Assembly: GCF_006345805.1 (NCBI RefSeq) | Contig: NC_043004.1 | Span: 77,934,001 to 77,998,000, forward strand | DNA from: Octopus sinensis | Lineage: Eukaryota | Direction of reading: 5' to 3' | Length of the DNA: 64,000 nt | Shown: piece by piece, positions 37,870 through 50,375 of the stretch | Position numbering within the stretch: position 1 is the stretch's first letter | How the letters are laid out: each line of letters begins with the position of its first letter | Translations under genes and position numbers: made by a program | Notes under the pieces: model-generated | Seen by the model: the letters and a program-made list of their open reading frames with translations, nothing else | The model's database searches: none | What the model was told of the DNA's origin: nothing

Positions 37870-38982
37870 TGGTTCTTAAGGAGATTCAACATGACACAGA
37901 ATGTGGCATGGCTGACCCTGTGAATTACAGGTACTATTCATTTTCGCCAGCTGAGTGGACCAGAGCAACATCAAATAAAGTGTCTTGCTCAAGGACACAA
38001 TATGCTACCTGGAATCGAACTCACAACCTTGAGATTGTGAGCTGAACATCCTAACTATTAAGCCACAAGCCTTTCTATACTACATACTGTACCATACATT
38101 ATCAGGCGCATCTATACACATGTATACACTGTACAGAGAAGACATGGAGTAGACAGAGATATGCTAACAAAAGAGACAAGCAAGATAATTATGTAATAAT
38201 TTTCTTAAAAAATATTTCATCTGATTAGTTTCCTCTTTAGAAATTCTCACATGATGAGTTCCATATATCTCATTGCTTGCTTGTAATTCCTGGCATGTCG
38301 TCTCTTTGTCAAAGAATTTCCCAAAGCTCACGCAGAACGCAGCAATTTCCTATTACTTATACAACATAAAAGCTATTATCATGCTAACCTCTTTCAATGG
38401 AGACAGCATTTGGTAATTGTGGTGTATTAAAACTTTATACAAAAACTGTTCTTTCTGCTAAATCTCTTCACAGCATCGTCGCAAACTATGGCAACAGAAG
38501 ATCATTGATATGAGAAGAAAATGGTTGAATGTCTTCTTCTTATGAATTCAGATTTATGAATAGTGTCATTTATACCAAAGAGAAGCAAGCAGAGTCAAAA
38601 TATAATGATTCAGATTCTAAGATCTAAATCCAATTCCATGATCAGTCGTGTACTTGATTGACTAAAATGTCTTTCACCAGAGAAGTATGAATTACCATAT
38701 ACAGAGAAGATGTGTGCATGTGTGGGTTTGTATGTGTTTAGTATCAACTGTTGGAATAAAGGAATACTCAATACGATGGTAGAGATGAATGACATTTTAT
38801 TTTGGCCAAGTCAGGCTCTTGCTACTCTGAGTTTCACCTAGAGGCACTCAAAGTGACAAGAAGCCATACATACATACACACACACACATACATAAATACA
38901 TACATACATACATACACACATACATACATACACACATATGCATACATGCATGCATACAAACATACACACACACACACATACA

Positions 38983-39198
38983 TGAGGGGTTGCTGAAAAG
39001 GTCCTGGCTTTGGGTGAGAGAAAATATAGGAGGAACAGTTAATTATAATTTTATTCAACATATTCCCCTCTTATATTCACACGCTAAATGCAGTGGCCCT
39101 TCACTTATTCTAAGCCCTGTAAAAGAACTCAGAAGGTTGGGCCTCCAACCAGGCCTTTCGCGACACCCTTAAAGCCCGGAACTTTTCAGCACCCCTTC
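38983..39198. mobile_element. Mariner-type MITE
   Basis: TIRs gaggggttgctgaaaaggtcctggcttt / aaagcccggaacttttcagcacccctt. Confidence 0.75.
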
Positions 39199-39211
39199 AT
39201 ATATGTATGTA

Positions 39212-39270
<59 letters not shown>

Positions 39271-39290
39271 TTAAAGTAACAAGAAGCTTT

Positions 39291-39321
<31 letters not shown>

Positions 39322-39360
39322 AATGTGCAAACATGAAGGCATGGTTATGTGGGTAAGAAG

Positions 39361-39590
39361 GCGGTGAGCTGGCAGAAACGTTAGCCCGCCGGGCGAAATG
39401 CATAGCCGTATTTCGTCTGTCGTTACGTTCTGAGTTCAAATTCCGCCGAGGTCGACTTTGCCTTTCATCCTTTCGGGGTCGATAAATTAAGCACCAATTA
39501 CGCACTGGGGTCGATGTAATCGACTTAATACCTATGTCTGTCCTTGTTTGTCCCCTCTATGTTTAGCCCCTTGTGGGCAGTAAAGAAATA
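39361..39590 (+). mobile_element. Young tRNA-derived SINE (family A) with 15-bp TSD, nested in another SINE head
   Basis: TSD tatgtgggtaagaag at 39346-39360 and 39591-39605; CpG-rich body; B box gagttcaaattcc. Confidence 0.9.
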
Positions 39591-40440
39591 TATGTGGGTA
39601 AGAAGCTTACTTCCCAACCATGTGGTCTTAGGTTCAGTCCTGTTGCATGGCACCTTGGACTGACCAATGTCCATCGTAGGTACTTATGATGGTTGTAAAA
39701 TGAAAGTCTTCATCATACAAGCAACCTCCAAATTCAATATTCTGCAAAAACATGTCTGGCCAAGGGGAAATATTACCTTATATGGAAAAAGGTGAGGCCT
39801 GGGGACAGGAAGGACATCTAGCCTTAGAAAATCTACTTCGATGAACTCCAGCCAACCTAGGCAAGCATAGAAATGTTGATATTAAATTATGATGATTACG
39901 TTATATATCAGGAGTAAAGACCCCCTCTTCGATCATGAATGACCAAAGGATTGTATCTAGAAAGTTCTCCTCCGTGCCACGGATGTCATCCAGGGAAAAG
40001 GCAAAGGCTGATACAGCTTGGCACCAGTGACATCACAACTCATTTCTACAGCTGAGTGAACTGGAGCAATGTGAAATAAAGTGTCTTGCCCAAGAACACA
40101 ACACAGCCTGGTCTGGAAATTGAGCTCATATCCTTATGACTGTAAGCCCGACTCTCTAACCACTAACCCAAGTAGCTTCAATGACACACACACACACATA
40201 GTGAGAATTTACAAAAAAAAACAAAAGACAAAGATGGGTGTGTAAACAACAAACAGATGTATTAGTTTAATGCTTGGGAAGTGAAGAAGTCTTTTACATT
40301 CCGAGCTTACGCTCTTCGACAGAAAGGAACACAAAAATAAACAGGGAGAGAAAATAAAAAAGGTTTAGTGGCTAGTGATCTATCATGCCGAATATATATA
40401 TATATTTGTTACTTCACTTAGGCATAGTGATAATGGTAAC

Positions 40441-41586
40441 CTGGTGTTAGAGCTTAATGTACATGTTTCAGAAAAAAAAGAGTCAGTCTGGTACAGAGCA
40501 GTAATAAGAAATTAAATAAATCACAAGGAAATAAGAAATTATGCCAGTAAAGATCATTGGCTTACAGCTGTTTCTGCTATGCGATGCAATGCACTCATAG
40601 TTGAGTGCTTGTGGATCACACCAGAGCTTTATCAGAGCTTCAAAAATGAAGTGCAATTATATTTGGCCAAGTATTTATATTTATATACATACACAGAAAG
40701 CATAAATATATATAGGAAATGAAGTAGAGAGTTTGAAGAGGAGAAGCCCCAGAAAACGTACATTTAGATGAAATTTTATGTATGTATATCATCATCATCG
40801 TTTAACGTCTGCTTTCTATGATGGCATGGGTTGGATGGTTTGACTTCAGAACTGGCAGGCCAGGAGGCTGCACCAGGCTCCAATCTGATCTGGCAAGGTT
40901 TCTACAGCTGGATGTCTTTCTTAATGCCAACCACTCCGAGAGTATAGTGGGTGCTTTTTACATGCCACCGGCAGGGGAGCCAGTCAGGTGTCCCTGGGAT
41001 TGACCACACTTGAATGGTGCTTTTTATGTGTCAGTCAGGCAGCACTGACATCAGCCATATTCGAATGGTGCTCTTCACGTGCCATTGACATGGCTGCCAG
41101 TCAAGCAGCACTGGCGTTAGCCATGCTCGAATGGTGCTCTTTATGTGCCACCAGCACAGGTGCCTAATAATAGATATATGAAGAACTATGTAAAGAAGTA
41201 AAAAGAAATAAACAAGTAAAAATATGCATGAAAACGGAAGTAGATAGAAAGTGACAGAATCCAAAACAAAGGCAAGTCTTCTGCTCCTGAAACGCATTAC
41301 TTCATTTCCTACACATTATTATTATTTTTTTTTTATGGTAATAATCTTTGTGAATGTACATAAGCATAAATGCTTTCCCAAATATAATTGCACTTCATTT
41401 TTAAAACTCTGATGAAGCTATAGGATGGTACGCAAGCACTCAACTATGAGTGCATTGCATCTCATAGCAGAAACAGCTGTAAGCTGGTGAAATGCATTGC
41501 ATAATTTCATTATTTAATTTCTTTAATTACTGCTCTGTACTCAACTGACGCTTTTTTCAGAAGCATATGTAGAGTTTTAACACCAG
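40441..41586. mobile_element. Inverted-repeat element with a hammerhead-like motif in each arm and a family C insertion (40790-41165) in the middle
   Basis: 40441-40750 mirrors 41275-41586. Confidence 0.75.
41405..41485 (+). ncRNA. Hammerhead-ribozyme-like motif with extended stem II
   Basis: CTGATGA (41409) a GCTAT...GCACTCA-acta-TGAGTGC...ATAGC a GAAA CAGCTGTA; palindromic ACAGCTGT in the stem III position. Confidence 0.55.
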
Positions 41587-41790
41587 AAAGGAGGAGAGGG
41601 AGAATGGGAAGAGAGGAAGAGGAAGCTGCATTACAAAAAAAGAAGAAAACAAATGAGGTAATAAGATGGTAGTCATTTGTGAATAACATGGCCTGTGTAA
41701 CTGATGTAGAAATGGCAAATTGTAATGGCATCATAGATCAGGTCTAAGACTTCACTTCCAATCTACAAATACTAAAAACAAAAATAAAGT

Positions 41791-43652
41791 CTAGCAGAGA
41801 TAGCTGGCATCGCCCGTGTCACATGGAATTGAAGAATTAGACTTTTCTTTTATATTTTCTCTAATGAACTGGAATATCTATGATTCGAATTTCATCAAAA
41901 TTGGAGATTAAGAATTTTAATGGGGGTTCTTTCTCTCTTTACACACCCTAACAAAAATTCTAATCATGACATATTTATCCCATACTACTCATCTTTATGC
42001 CCAGATTCCAAAATCCAAGTCTTATGAAGCCCATTAAAAGGTGTTTGCTCCTGAAACATGGAGCTCTAAGATGTGGGAATTAAGGCCCCTATTAGGGAGG
42101 CCTTAAAGTCAGCCAGAGAAGTTGAATTGTTGGGAATCTTTTTTAACTTGGGTCTTATATCCATTGTTCAAATTTCTTCGAAATTGGAAATATATGAATG
42201 TTCATTGGGTTTGTAAAAGAGAAACCAAAAAATGAATGACCACAATAAGCAGTCAGCTACCCTATCTTAGTCGTTACTACTCCCCAATGTAGGATTCCTC
42301 ACCATACAGGTGACCGACACAGCTGTAAGATGCATTACAGATCTATAGCAATTGGATGGGTATGATCCAACTCAAATAAACATTAACAAACTGTGTGACG
42401 TGAGGGCTAAGGGGAAATGAAAGTGTCACCTCTGGAGTATGCAAATGACCACTATACTGATATGTAACTGGACAGAATAAATTTACAATCTATAAGTCTC
42501 TTTGAATGACCAACCACTTATCTGGAAAGGCCTTGAAATCAATGTTACCATCTGGGGACTATCTCTGACCCAGTGATAATAAAAAGACTGAAAGGAGATC
42601 TGCAACAAAATAACTTTACTGAACACTTTGCAACTGAATCAGTGGAGGCAAAGATGCCTCTCATTACTTGACAATTTACAAACCACATTGCAGAAATCAC
42701 AATCTAAGTATATCTGAAAGCAAACTCTTACACTGTTGTACCATTGAATTACAAATAACACTCATCTTGTATCCTTGGGTGACTCTACAGCTTTCAAGAC
42801 TACAATTGTATTTGTCTAGGCTTAGGGAAAATTACTAAATTGTGGGGGTTAAGCCCCCATTAAGGGGTCTTACTAACCTCGTAAGAAGCTGAAATTTGTG
42901 TCTAATATCTATAGTTAAAATTTCATCAACAGTAAAAATATCTGAATTTTCATGGGAGTTATGGCCTCATTTATGCCCCCTCACTTTCAAACATATACTG
43001 CATTACATCCGCCCTTATGCATACAATATAGTTTCCAAATTTCATAAAGATCCATTCAGTACTTTTGACCTTGTTTTGGACCATAAAAATGACTAAAATT
43101 TGGGAATTAAGGTTCCCATTAGGGGGTCTTAGAATCCTCATAAGCGGAAACTTTTGGAATACTTCTTGATTTGTTGAAATTTAATCAACATCAGAAATTT
43201 ATGAATTTCCATGGGTGGGGTTCTGCTCCCTTTAATCCGCCTGAAACTCAAACCAAACATACTGCATTATACCCATTCTTATGCACTGAATCTAAGTTCC
43301 AAATATCATAAGGATCCATTCAGTAATTTTGGTCCATGTAAAATGACTAAAGTTTGGGAATAAACCCCCATTAGCGAGTCTTAGAATCATCCAAAGAAAT
43401 GGAAATTTTGAGCATATTTCTTAATTTATTTCTAATACCTATGGTTCAAATTTCATCAAAATCTGAAGCATATGAATTTTCACAGGGGGGTTTTCCCCAC
43501 TTTATGCCCCCTCAAAATTGTATGAAACATACAGCATTACCCTTCTCCCTAAGCTTGGATTTTGTGTTCTAGATTTCATTAGGATCAGTCCAGTAGTTTT
43601 CGAGTCTACAAGTAACCCACAAACACACAGACATTGACTTTCATATAATAGA
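41791..43652 (-). mobile_element. Non-autonomous Helitron/Helentron-like element with internal repeats of about 255 bp
   Basis: Minus strand starts TCTATTATAT..tgtctgtgtgtttg and ends gggcgatgccag..gCTAG; repeat landmarks near 42073, 42843, 43101 and 43354. Confidence 0.65.
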
Positions 43653-44853
43653 TTGATTTACCAATTTTTTTTTGGAAGAAGAAATAGAAATAATTGGAAA
43701 TATGAGAATGGATTTAATACAAGAGAAGAAAAAATTTCAAGAGGTGCATGCAAAAGAGGAAGAATCCAAACAACAACATATCTATTTTTGATACATTCTG
43801 GTGGATTCCAAAGAAAAGATGTCAATTGTTGTTGCTTTTGTCAACAGAGAACATTTTCTTTCTTTGGTTAATGCATGATCCTAACACACGATTCACCGGT
43901 AGAAGGGGATTTCAAGACACAGTGATATTTCAGCCTCGTTCATCTCTTCAGTGAAAGCCACCCCACCAGACCAATGAATCTCACAAGAGCACAGGGTTTT
44001 TTTTGTTTATAGGAATCAGCAAAACAAATTATTTGCTGATGTACGCTGATGTCTGCCAAACATAATTATTCATGGGATGCAAGCACAGCAGCGAGAATCC
44101 AAAGAATAGCGTCTCTCTTCATTCTTAATAAGTTTTAGCAGATTGCAATGTGAAAATGTTGATCACTCTTGTTTAATATCATTCAAGAACACCTCTTCAC
44201 ATCAAACGATGTGTGTTCCATGATGCAAAAACAACAGCAATCAGATATTCACATTCAAATCTGCCAGAACATATTAAGACCAAAGAGATTCATTAAGAAA
44301 AAAAAGAAAAGCATTGTTAATTATGAAAAAATTCAGTTTAATAAGTTACTTGGATTAATATCTAAGGATTAAGTGTTTGAAATTATATCTAAAGATAAAG
44401 TACTAATTAGGGAATTGTTGGTTAGTACAAGGTCATTGTGGAAAATGGACAAAAGAAACACAATATAAAAAGTTATTATAATAGTGACATGCAAAACCAA
44501 TCCATAGTGACCAACGCAGTCAGATTTTCCAGGTCAGCCTCAACAAAGATGTTGAAATATTTCATTCAGATTTGCTGGGTGAACTTTGACCAGTTTGCAA
44601 GGTCGAATAATGTTGATTTGTAAAATGAACCCATGCAGATAATGTTCAATTAACTTGTATTGACTTTCTGGGGCAGTTCATGCAGATGTTTTATGCAGAT
44701 TTATCAGGTCAATCGATATTGATTTCACTGATCAGCCATTGGAAACAAGGCAAAGCCAACATGAACCGACATAGCAAACCCAATCAGGGCTGACTTGCAT
44801 GATTCAACCATTCTAAGAGTCTTCAGGTCAGGTCAAGGTCTTTAGCATTTAGG

Positions 44854-45240
44854 TTTTACTTGTTTGAATTATTAGACTGTGGTCATGCTGGAGCACCACC
44901 TTGGAGAAATTTAGTCGAATGAATCAACCCTGGGACTTGAGTTTTCTTAAAAAAACATGGTACTCATATCAGTCTCTTTTATCTAACTGCTAAGTTATGG
45001 TGGATGGAAACACACCAACAGTGGTTGTCAAGAGGTAGTGGGTGACAAACACAGACATGTACTCATACATGCATATATTTGACAGGCTTCTTTCAGTTTC
45101 CGTTTACAAATCCACTCACAAGGTTTTGGTTGGCCCAAGGCTATAGTAGAAGACACTTACCTAAGGTGTCACACAGTGGGTCTGAACCCAGAACCATGTG
45201 GTTGGGAAGCAAACTTCTTACCACACAGCCATGCCTACAC
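44854..45240 (-). mobile_element. SINE family B copy
   Basis: Reverse complement of 23374-23750. Confidence 0.8.
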
Positions 45241-45404
45241 CTATGTATGTTGAGATACTGTGTTTAAATTATTGCATCTTGTGAGTTTAACTGATTTACA
45301 CATTCCATATCCACCCTCAGCCTCTTGAGTCAGGCCAATCCATAGAATTACACCAGAACAATCTATGGAAGCATGTTAAAAGAAATATAGTTTAATATTG
45401 TGGG

Positions 45405-45812
45405 TACAGCATTGTTATAAGGAGTCTCAAGATAGACATTGAATGATTATGGTGAGTATACAATTGTTATTACGAAGAGTATCAGCAAAGATATAGAGTT
45501 TGCTACGGTGAGTATAAAAGATTGTTATAAGGAGTAATAAAGGAGACATCGAATTTATTATGGTGAGTATAAAAGATTCTTGTTATGAGGAGTTTCAAGG
45601 TAGATATTAAGTTTATTAAGGTGAGTATAAAAGACTGTTATAAGGAGTATTAAAGGAGACATCGAATTTATTATGGTGAGTGTAAAGATTCTTGTTATAA
45701 GGAGTTTCAAGGTACATGGTGAGTATAAAACATGTCATTATAGGAGTATCAAAGAATATTGAGATTATTAAGGTGAGTATTAAGGATTCTGATTTTAAGG
45801 AGTATCAAAGGC
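45405..45812. repeat. Diverged minisatellite, unit about 55 bp, roughly 7-8 copies
   Basis: Recurring ggtgagtataaaagattgttataaggagt. Confidence 0.9.
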
Positions 45813-45973
45813 AATCATTTGTAGAATGCATTTTATTTAGTTGGAGAAAAGCAGAAGGAGAACCAGAGGAATGGTCATCTCTTTGGTTTGGAAAACTAGG
45901 GACAATGCATGTTAGGCTAATGGACAATTGAGTGGTCAAGCTAAAATACATTTGATCATAGCAGTGGACTTAC

Positions 45974-46012
45974 TTTTACCATTTGACCAAAACCTAACTC
46001 TTCAAGAATCTT
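45974..46012 (-). CDS. Candidate 39-nt cassette exon (KILEELGFGQMVK)
   Basis: Long T tract ...ttttctatttttattgtag|AAG ATT CTT GAA GAG TTA GGT TTT GGT CAA ATG GTA AAA|gtaagt; open in phase 0, matching the phase-0 start of exon 26797. Confidence 0.4.
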
Positions 46013-46679
46013 CTACAATAAAAATAGAAAAAAAAAAAACAAATATAAACAAATAAATAAATTTCTGAAGTTCTCTGCAATGAAGACAACGGTTTATTTC
46101 TTTGGGTGTTTATTTATTTTTTTAATTAATAGAAAAAACAAAACAAAACAAAAAAAAAAACAAACAAAGGAACAAAAAGAAAGAAAACAACCAAATTAGA
46201 AGAATATTGATTTTGGTGAGGACAGCCAAAGAAGAATCAGACAAAACATAAATGTTCAATGATGCAGAAAAATAATTGGAATTACTGTAATCAATGCAGA
46301 ATTTGGAGCAAGAGGGGTGGGTGGGGGTGAAAAGAGCATCATGGGAGTTTATCTTTTACTGACAAAAAGACATTTAGCATCACAGTTGAGTAGTTTCAGA
46401 ATTCTTGGTGAAACCCGGCATCATGGTTAACGAAGAAGAGTAAGATTAGCTTTGTGTTGGATACAAACTATCTATTTTTTTTTTTAGGGGGATAATATTT
46501 TAATATTCCTTATAAATATAAGGTGGCAGGCAGGCTGAACCACACGGGTCTAAATAACCACTAGTTGACCACTGGGGGTAGGGGTCAATATAATCAACTT
46601 ACCACCTCCCCTAAAACTACTGGCCTTGTTCCAAAATTTGAAATCATTACTACCATTATTATTGTTATTATTATTAACG

Positions 46680-47130
46680 TGGCCGATGCCAGCGCCACCT
46701 TGACCGGCTTCTGTGCTGGTGGCACATGACCTGCTGTGCTTGAGGAGACCTATTGAGTCAAGTACATCAACATCAAAATAAATATCAAATGGAAATTGTA
46801 GTTGTGATACCTGTGCCGGTGGCACGTAAAAAGCACCATCCAAACGTGGCTGATGCCAGTGCCGCCTTGTTTGGCTTCTGTGCTGGTGGCACGTAAAAAG
46901 CACCAACCGATTGTGGCCACTGCCAGCCTCCCCTGGCACCTGTGCCGGTGGCACGTAAAAAGCACCCACTACATTCACAGAGTGTTTGGCGTTAGGAAGG
47001 GCATCCAGCTGTAGAAACTCTGACAGATCAGACTGGAGCCTGGTGCGCCTCCTGGCTTCCCAGACCCCAGTCGAACCGTCCAACCCGTGCTAGCACGGAA
47101 AACGGACGCTAAATGACAATGGTTATGATG

Positions 47131-47164
<34 letters not shown>

Positions 47165-47400
47165 ATAATAATAAGGCAGCAAGCTGGCAGAATTGTTAAC
47201 ATACTGGGTGGAATACTTAGAGGCATTTCGTCCATCTTTAGGTTCTGAGTTCAAATTCTGCTGAGGTCAACTTTGCCTTTCATCCTTTTCGGGGGTCGAT
47301 GGAATAAGTACCAACTGAGTACTGGGGTCAAAGTAATCAATTACCCCCCACCCCAATCCCTCAAATTTCAGGCCTTGTGCGTATAGCAAAAAGGATTATC
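46680..47400 (+). mobile_element. Family C retroposon followed by a family A SINE
   Basis: Matches 6340-6688, then 39361-39590, separated by (TTA)n. Confidence 0.8.
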
Positions 47401-49330
47401 ATCATCATCATCATGAATGTAGCATGGTGGCAGAATCATTAGCAAGCCAGACAAAATGCTTGTCTCTTTATGTTCTGAGTTCAAATGTCATGGAGGTCAA
47501 CTTTCACTTTCATTCTTTCTAGATATTGATTTAACTCCTCCCCTAAAATTGCTGGCGTTGTGCCAAAATTTGAAATCAATATTTCTTATAAATTCAGATT
47601 TAAATTTCAAAACCAAATACTGCCATCAGTTTATTGCTGCCTCTCATTACACTTGTATGAACAGATTTTTAACGAGCTGTTAATGATCATCTATGTCATC
47701 CGTTCATTCTACCCCTGGGGTATTAGTAACAGAAATGAAGCACTGAGGGAGGAGGATGACACAATTTGCAGTAATTCAAATTTTAAATTCAGCTTTCTCA
47801 CTTCTCTTAACAGCTTAACAACCAGCAGCAGCAGCAGCAGTAGCAGCAACATCGTCGTCATGAAAGAGAGTGACATATTTATTGCATAAAACATAGCTTT
47901 TAAATAATTACTTAAAGTCACAAACTATTTAGCAACAAGATGAGAAGGGAAAAGAACCCCTTGTGTGTGTGTGTGTGCTTGCACTCCAAGAAAACTCTCT
48001 ACAAGTGGTACCAACGCTACCACTTTTCTTCCTTCACAGAAATGAAATGAGATCCTGTCCTAGAAAAACGGATACAGGTTAGCAACAGGAAAGGGACCCA
48101 AGTGTAAAAGAAGGTTTCAATAATGTATTCATCTAACCCATGCAAGCATAGAAAAATGAATGTAAATTAAAGAAATGCACACACATACACACATGAATAC
48201 ATAAAAATCTATATACACACACATATATCATCATCATTGTACGTGTTGGGCAGCTCAACAAGAACCAACAAACCTGAGTGCTGTGTTGGTCTCAGTGTTT
48301 GGTTTGGCAAGATTTCTATAGCTTGAAGCCCTTCTAAGTGCCAACCCCTTAAAAGGGTGTATGAGTAGGTTTTTTATCATGGCACCAGCACTGTTAGGGT
48401 AAACAAGTAACTCACAAGACAAAACCCCTTGACAGAGTTGGGGAGCAATATGAAGGGTGACAGCCTTGTACAAGGTGTAGAAAGGTCAAAGTAGGAGAGA
48501 GGGAAGGGAACAGGTGTGTTACTGTAGAGGAGATATATGGCTACCCCAGAAGGAAAGGGAGAAAAGAGAGTGGAGGTGCAGTATCAGGGCATACCCTCAA
48601 GGTTCATCTTCATCATCGTTTAATGTCCGCTTTCCATGCTAGCATGGGTTGGACGATTTTGACTGAGGGCTGGCGAACCAGATGGCTGCACCAGGCTCCA
48701 ATCTTGATTTGGCAGAGTTTCTACAGCTGGATGCCCTTCCTAATGCCAACCACTCCGAGAGTGTAGTGGGTGCTTTTTACATACCACTGGCACGGGGTAA
48801 CAACCTCGGTACTGGCAACGACCTAACAAGGGTGTTAATATAAGAAAGAATAGGGTCAGAGAATTCAGGAGGTCAAGTAGGCATAGGGGTGGAGATTGTG
48901 AGTTACGGAAAGGGGATATCAATGGTAGAGATGAGAGGGTGTTGAGGGAAATGGTAAGGGATGATGTTGGAAGTATGGGATGGGCAGCAAGATGAGTGCT
49001 TCTAGGAATAGAAATTCCTGCTAGCCCTAAAAGACGAGGAATATGTGTAGTTCTACTCTTGTATAATGAAAGCAGCTGAGAAACAGCGCCATAGTTATAG
49101 GGTTGAGGTAGTGGAGAATGTTTAGTAACTGGGAAGCATTGACGGGTACAGCTTGGGTGAAGGGACACTGACCATGGGCTTTTAAGACCTCGTTTTTTTG
49201 ATGAGAGGAATGGCTTTTCTCAAGCACAGCAAATTGTCATTACTCTTACTCTTTCCAATCTCTGTGAGGCTCATCAACTTGAGGTCAAACTTCACTACTT
49301 TGTCACATGTCTTCCTGGGTCTCCCTCTTC

Positions 49331-49735
49331 TATTAACCATCTTACAAACAATAACTCTGAGCACCTTTTCAAACTCCACCTGTCTAACACCCATAGACAT
49401 GTTTACAAAGTCAGAAAACAGCACAGCTCCCATGACTTTCGGAAACATTTTTTAACACCAAGAGTTGCTGAAGCATGGAACAAACTGCCAGCATCAGTTG
49501 TTAGTTGTCGGAGCACTGCATCCTTCAAAACTTCCATGCTTCCTGAGATTCGCCAACACTACACCTGATTTTCTCCCCTCCATACACACGCAAGCATGTA
49601 TCTGACTCATACACTGTTCACTTTCCAGACATTTGTACATTACTGCATATGCTTTATACGCTCTTTTGACAAGTTGTGGTGCACCTGAGCACTGTATACA
49701 ATAATTTCATTATTATTATTATTATTATTATTTTT
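49331..49735 (+). mobile_element. 5'-truncated CR1-clade LINE 3' end
   Basis: Encodes ...EAWNKLPASVVSCRSTASFKTSMLPEIRQHYT*, then a 3' UTR and (ATT)n tail. Confidence 0.85.
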
Positions 49736-50338
49736 TATTATAACTGTCATCTACATTTTGCAGTTGGCACTGCTTTATGCAGCAGTCCCCAACCATTCGC
49801 ATCATATGACCACAGGAGTACAGGCTTCTCTTCTGCACCCTATATCTGATTCCTCTTATGCCCAACTTTTCTCTCAACACATTTGCACTTTACACATGCA
49901 CACTGACATTGCACATCCCACAGAGTATGCTAATTTCATTTCTTCACATGTTCTCTGTATTCAGAGCCCACATTTCACTACCACATGGGATTGCTGCTTG
50001 TACACAAGCATCATACAATATGCCTTTCACTCTGGGAGAGAGACCCTTTGTTATGAAGAAGGGCAATATCTCTCAGACTTTCACTGGTTGGTTTATATTC
50101 CAACAACCATACTTTCAGAGCACTCTCCTTCACTGCTAATTAGGGGGTCACCAAAATAATAGAAACTCTCTCTCAATATTTTCCATTACACATATATATA
50201 TATATGTAATTATGCATATACATGTTGAATTACCTGCTACTGTATACCTTTTACCAAGGACTGTACCTACGCAAGTAATCACCAGGAGTGCCTTTGGATT
50301 TAACCATCACTTAGAGGTTTTAAACACCTCTAATAGAG

Positions 50339-50375
<37 letters not shown>

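Noticed and set aside
47709-47921. LLREVRKL resembling dystrobrevin FLREVLKL
   Set aside because: Short chance match next to a CAG repeat; the flanks do not align.
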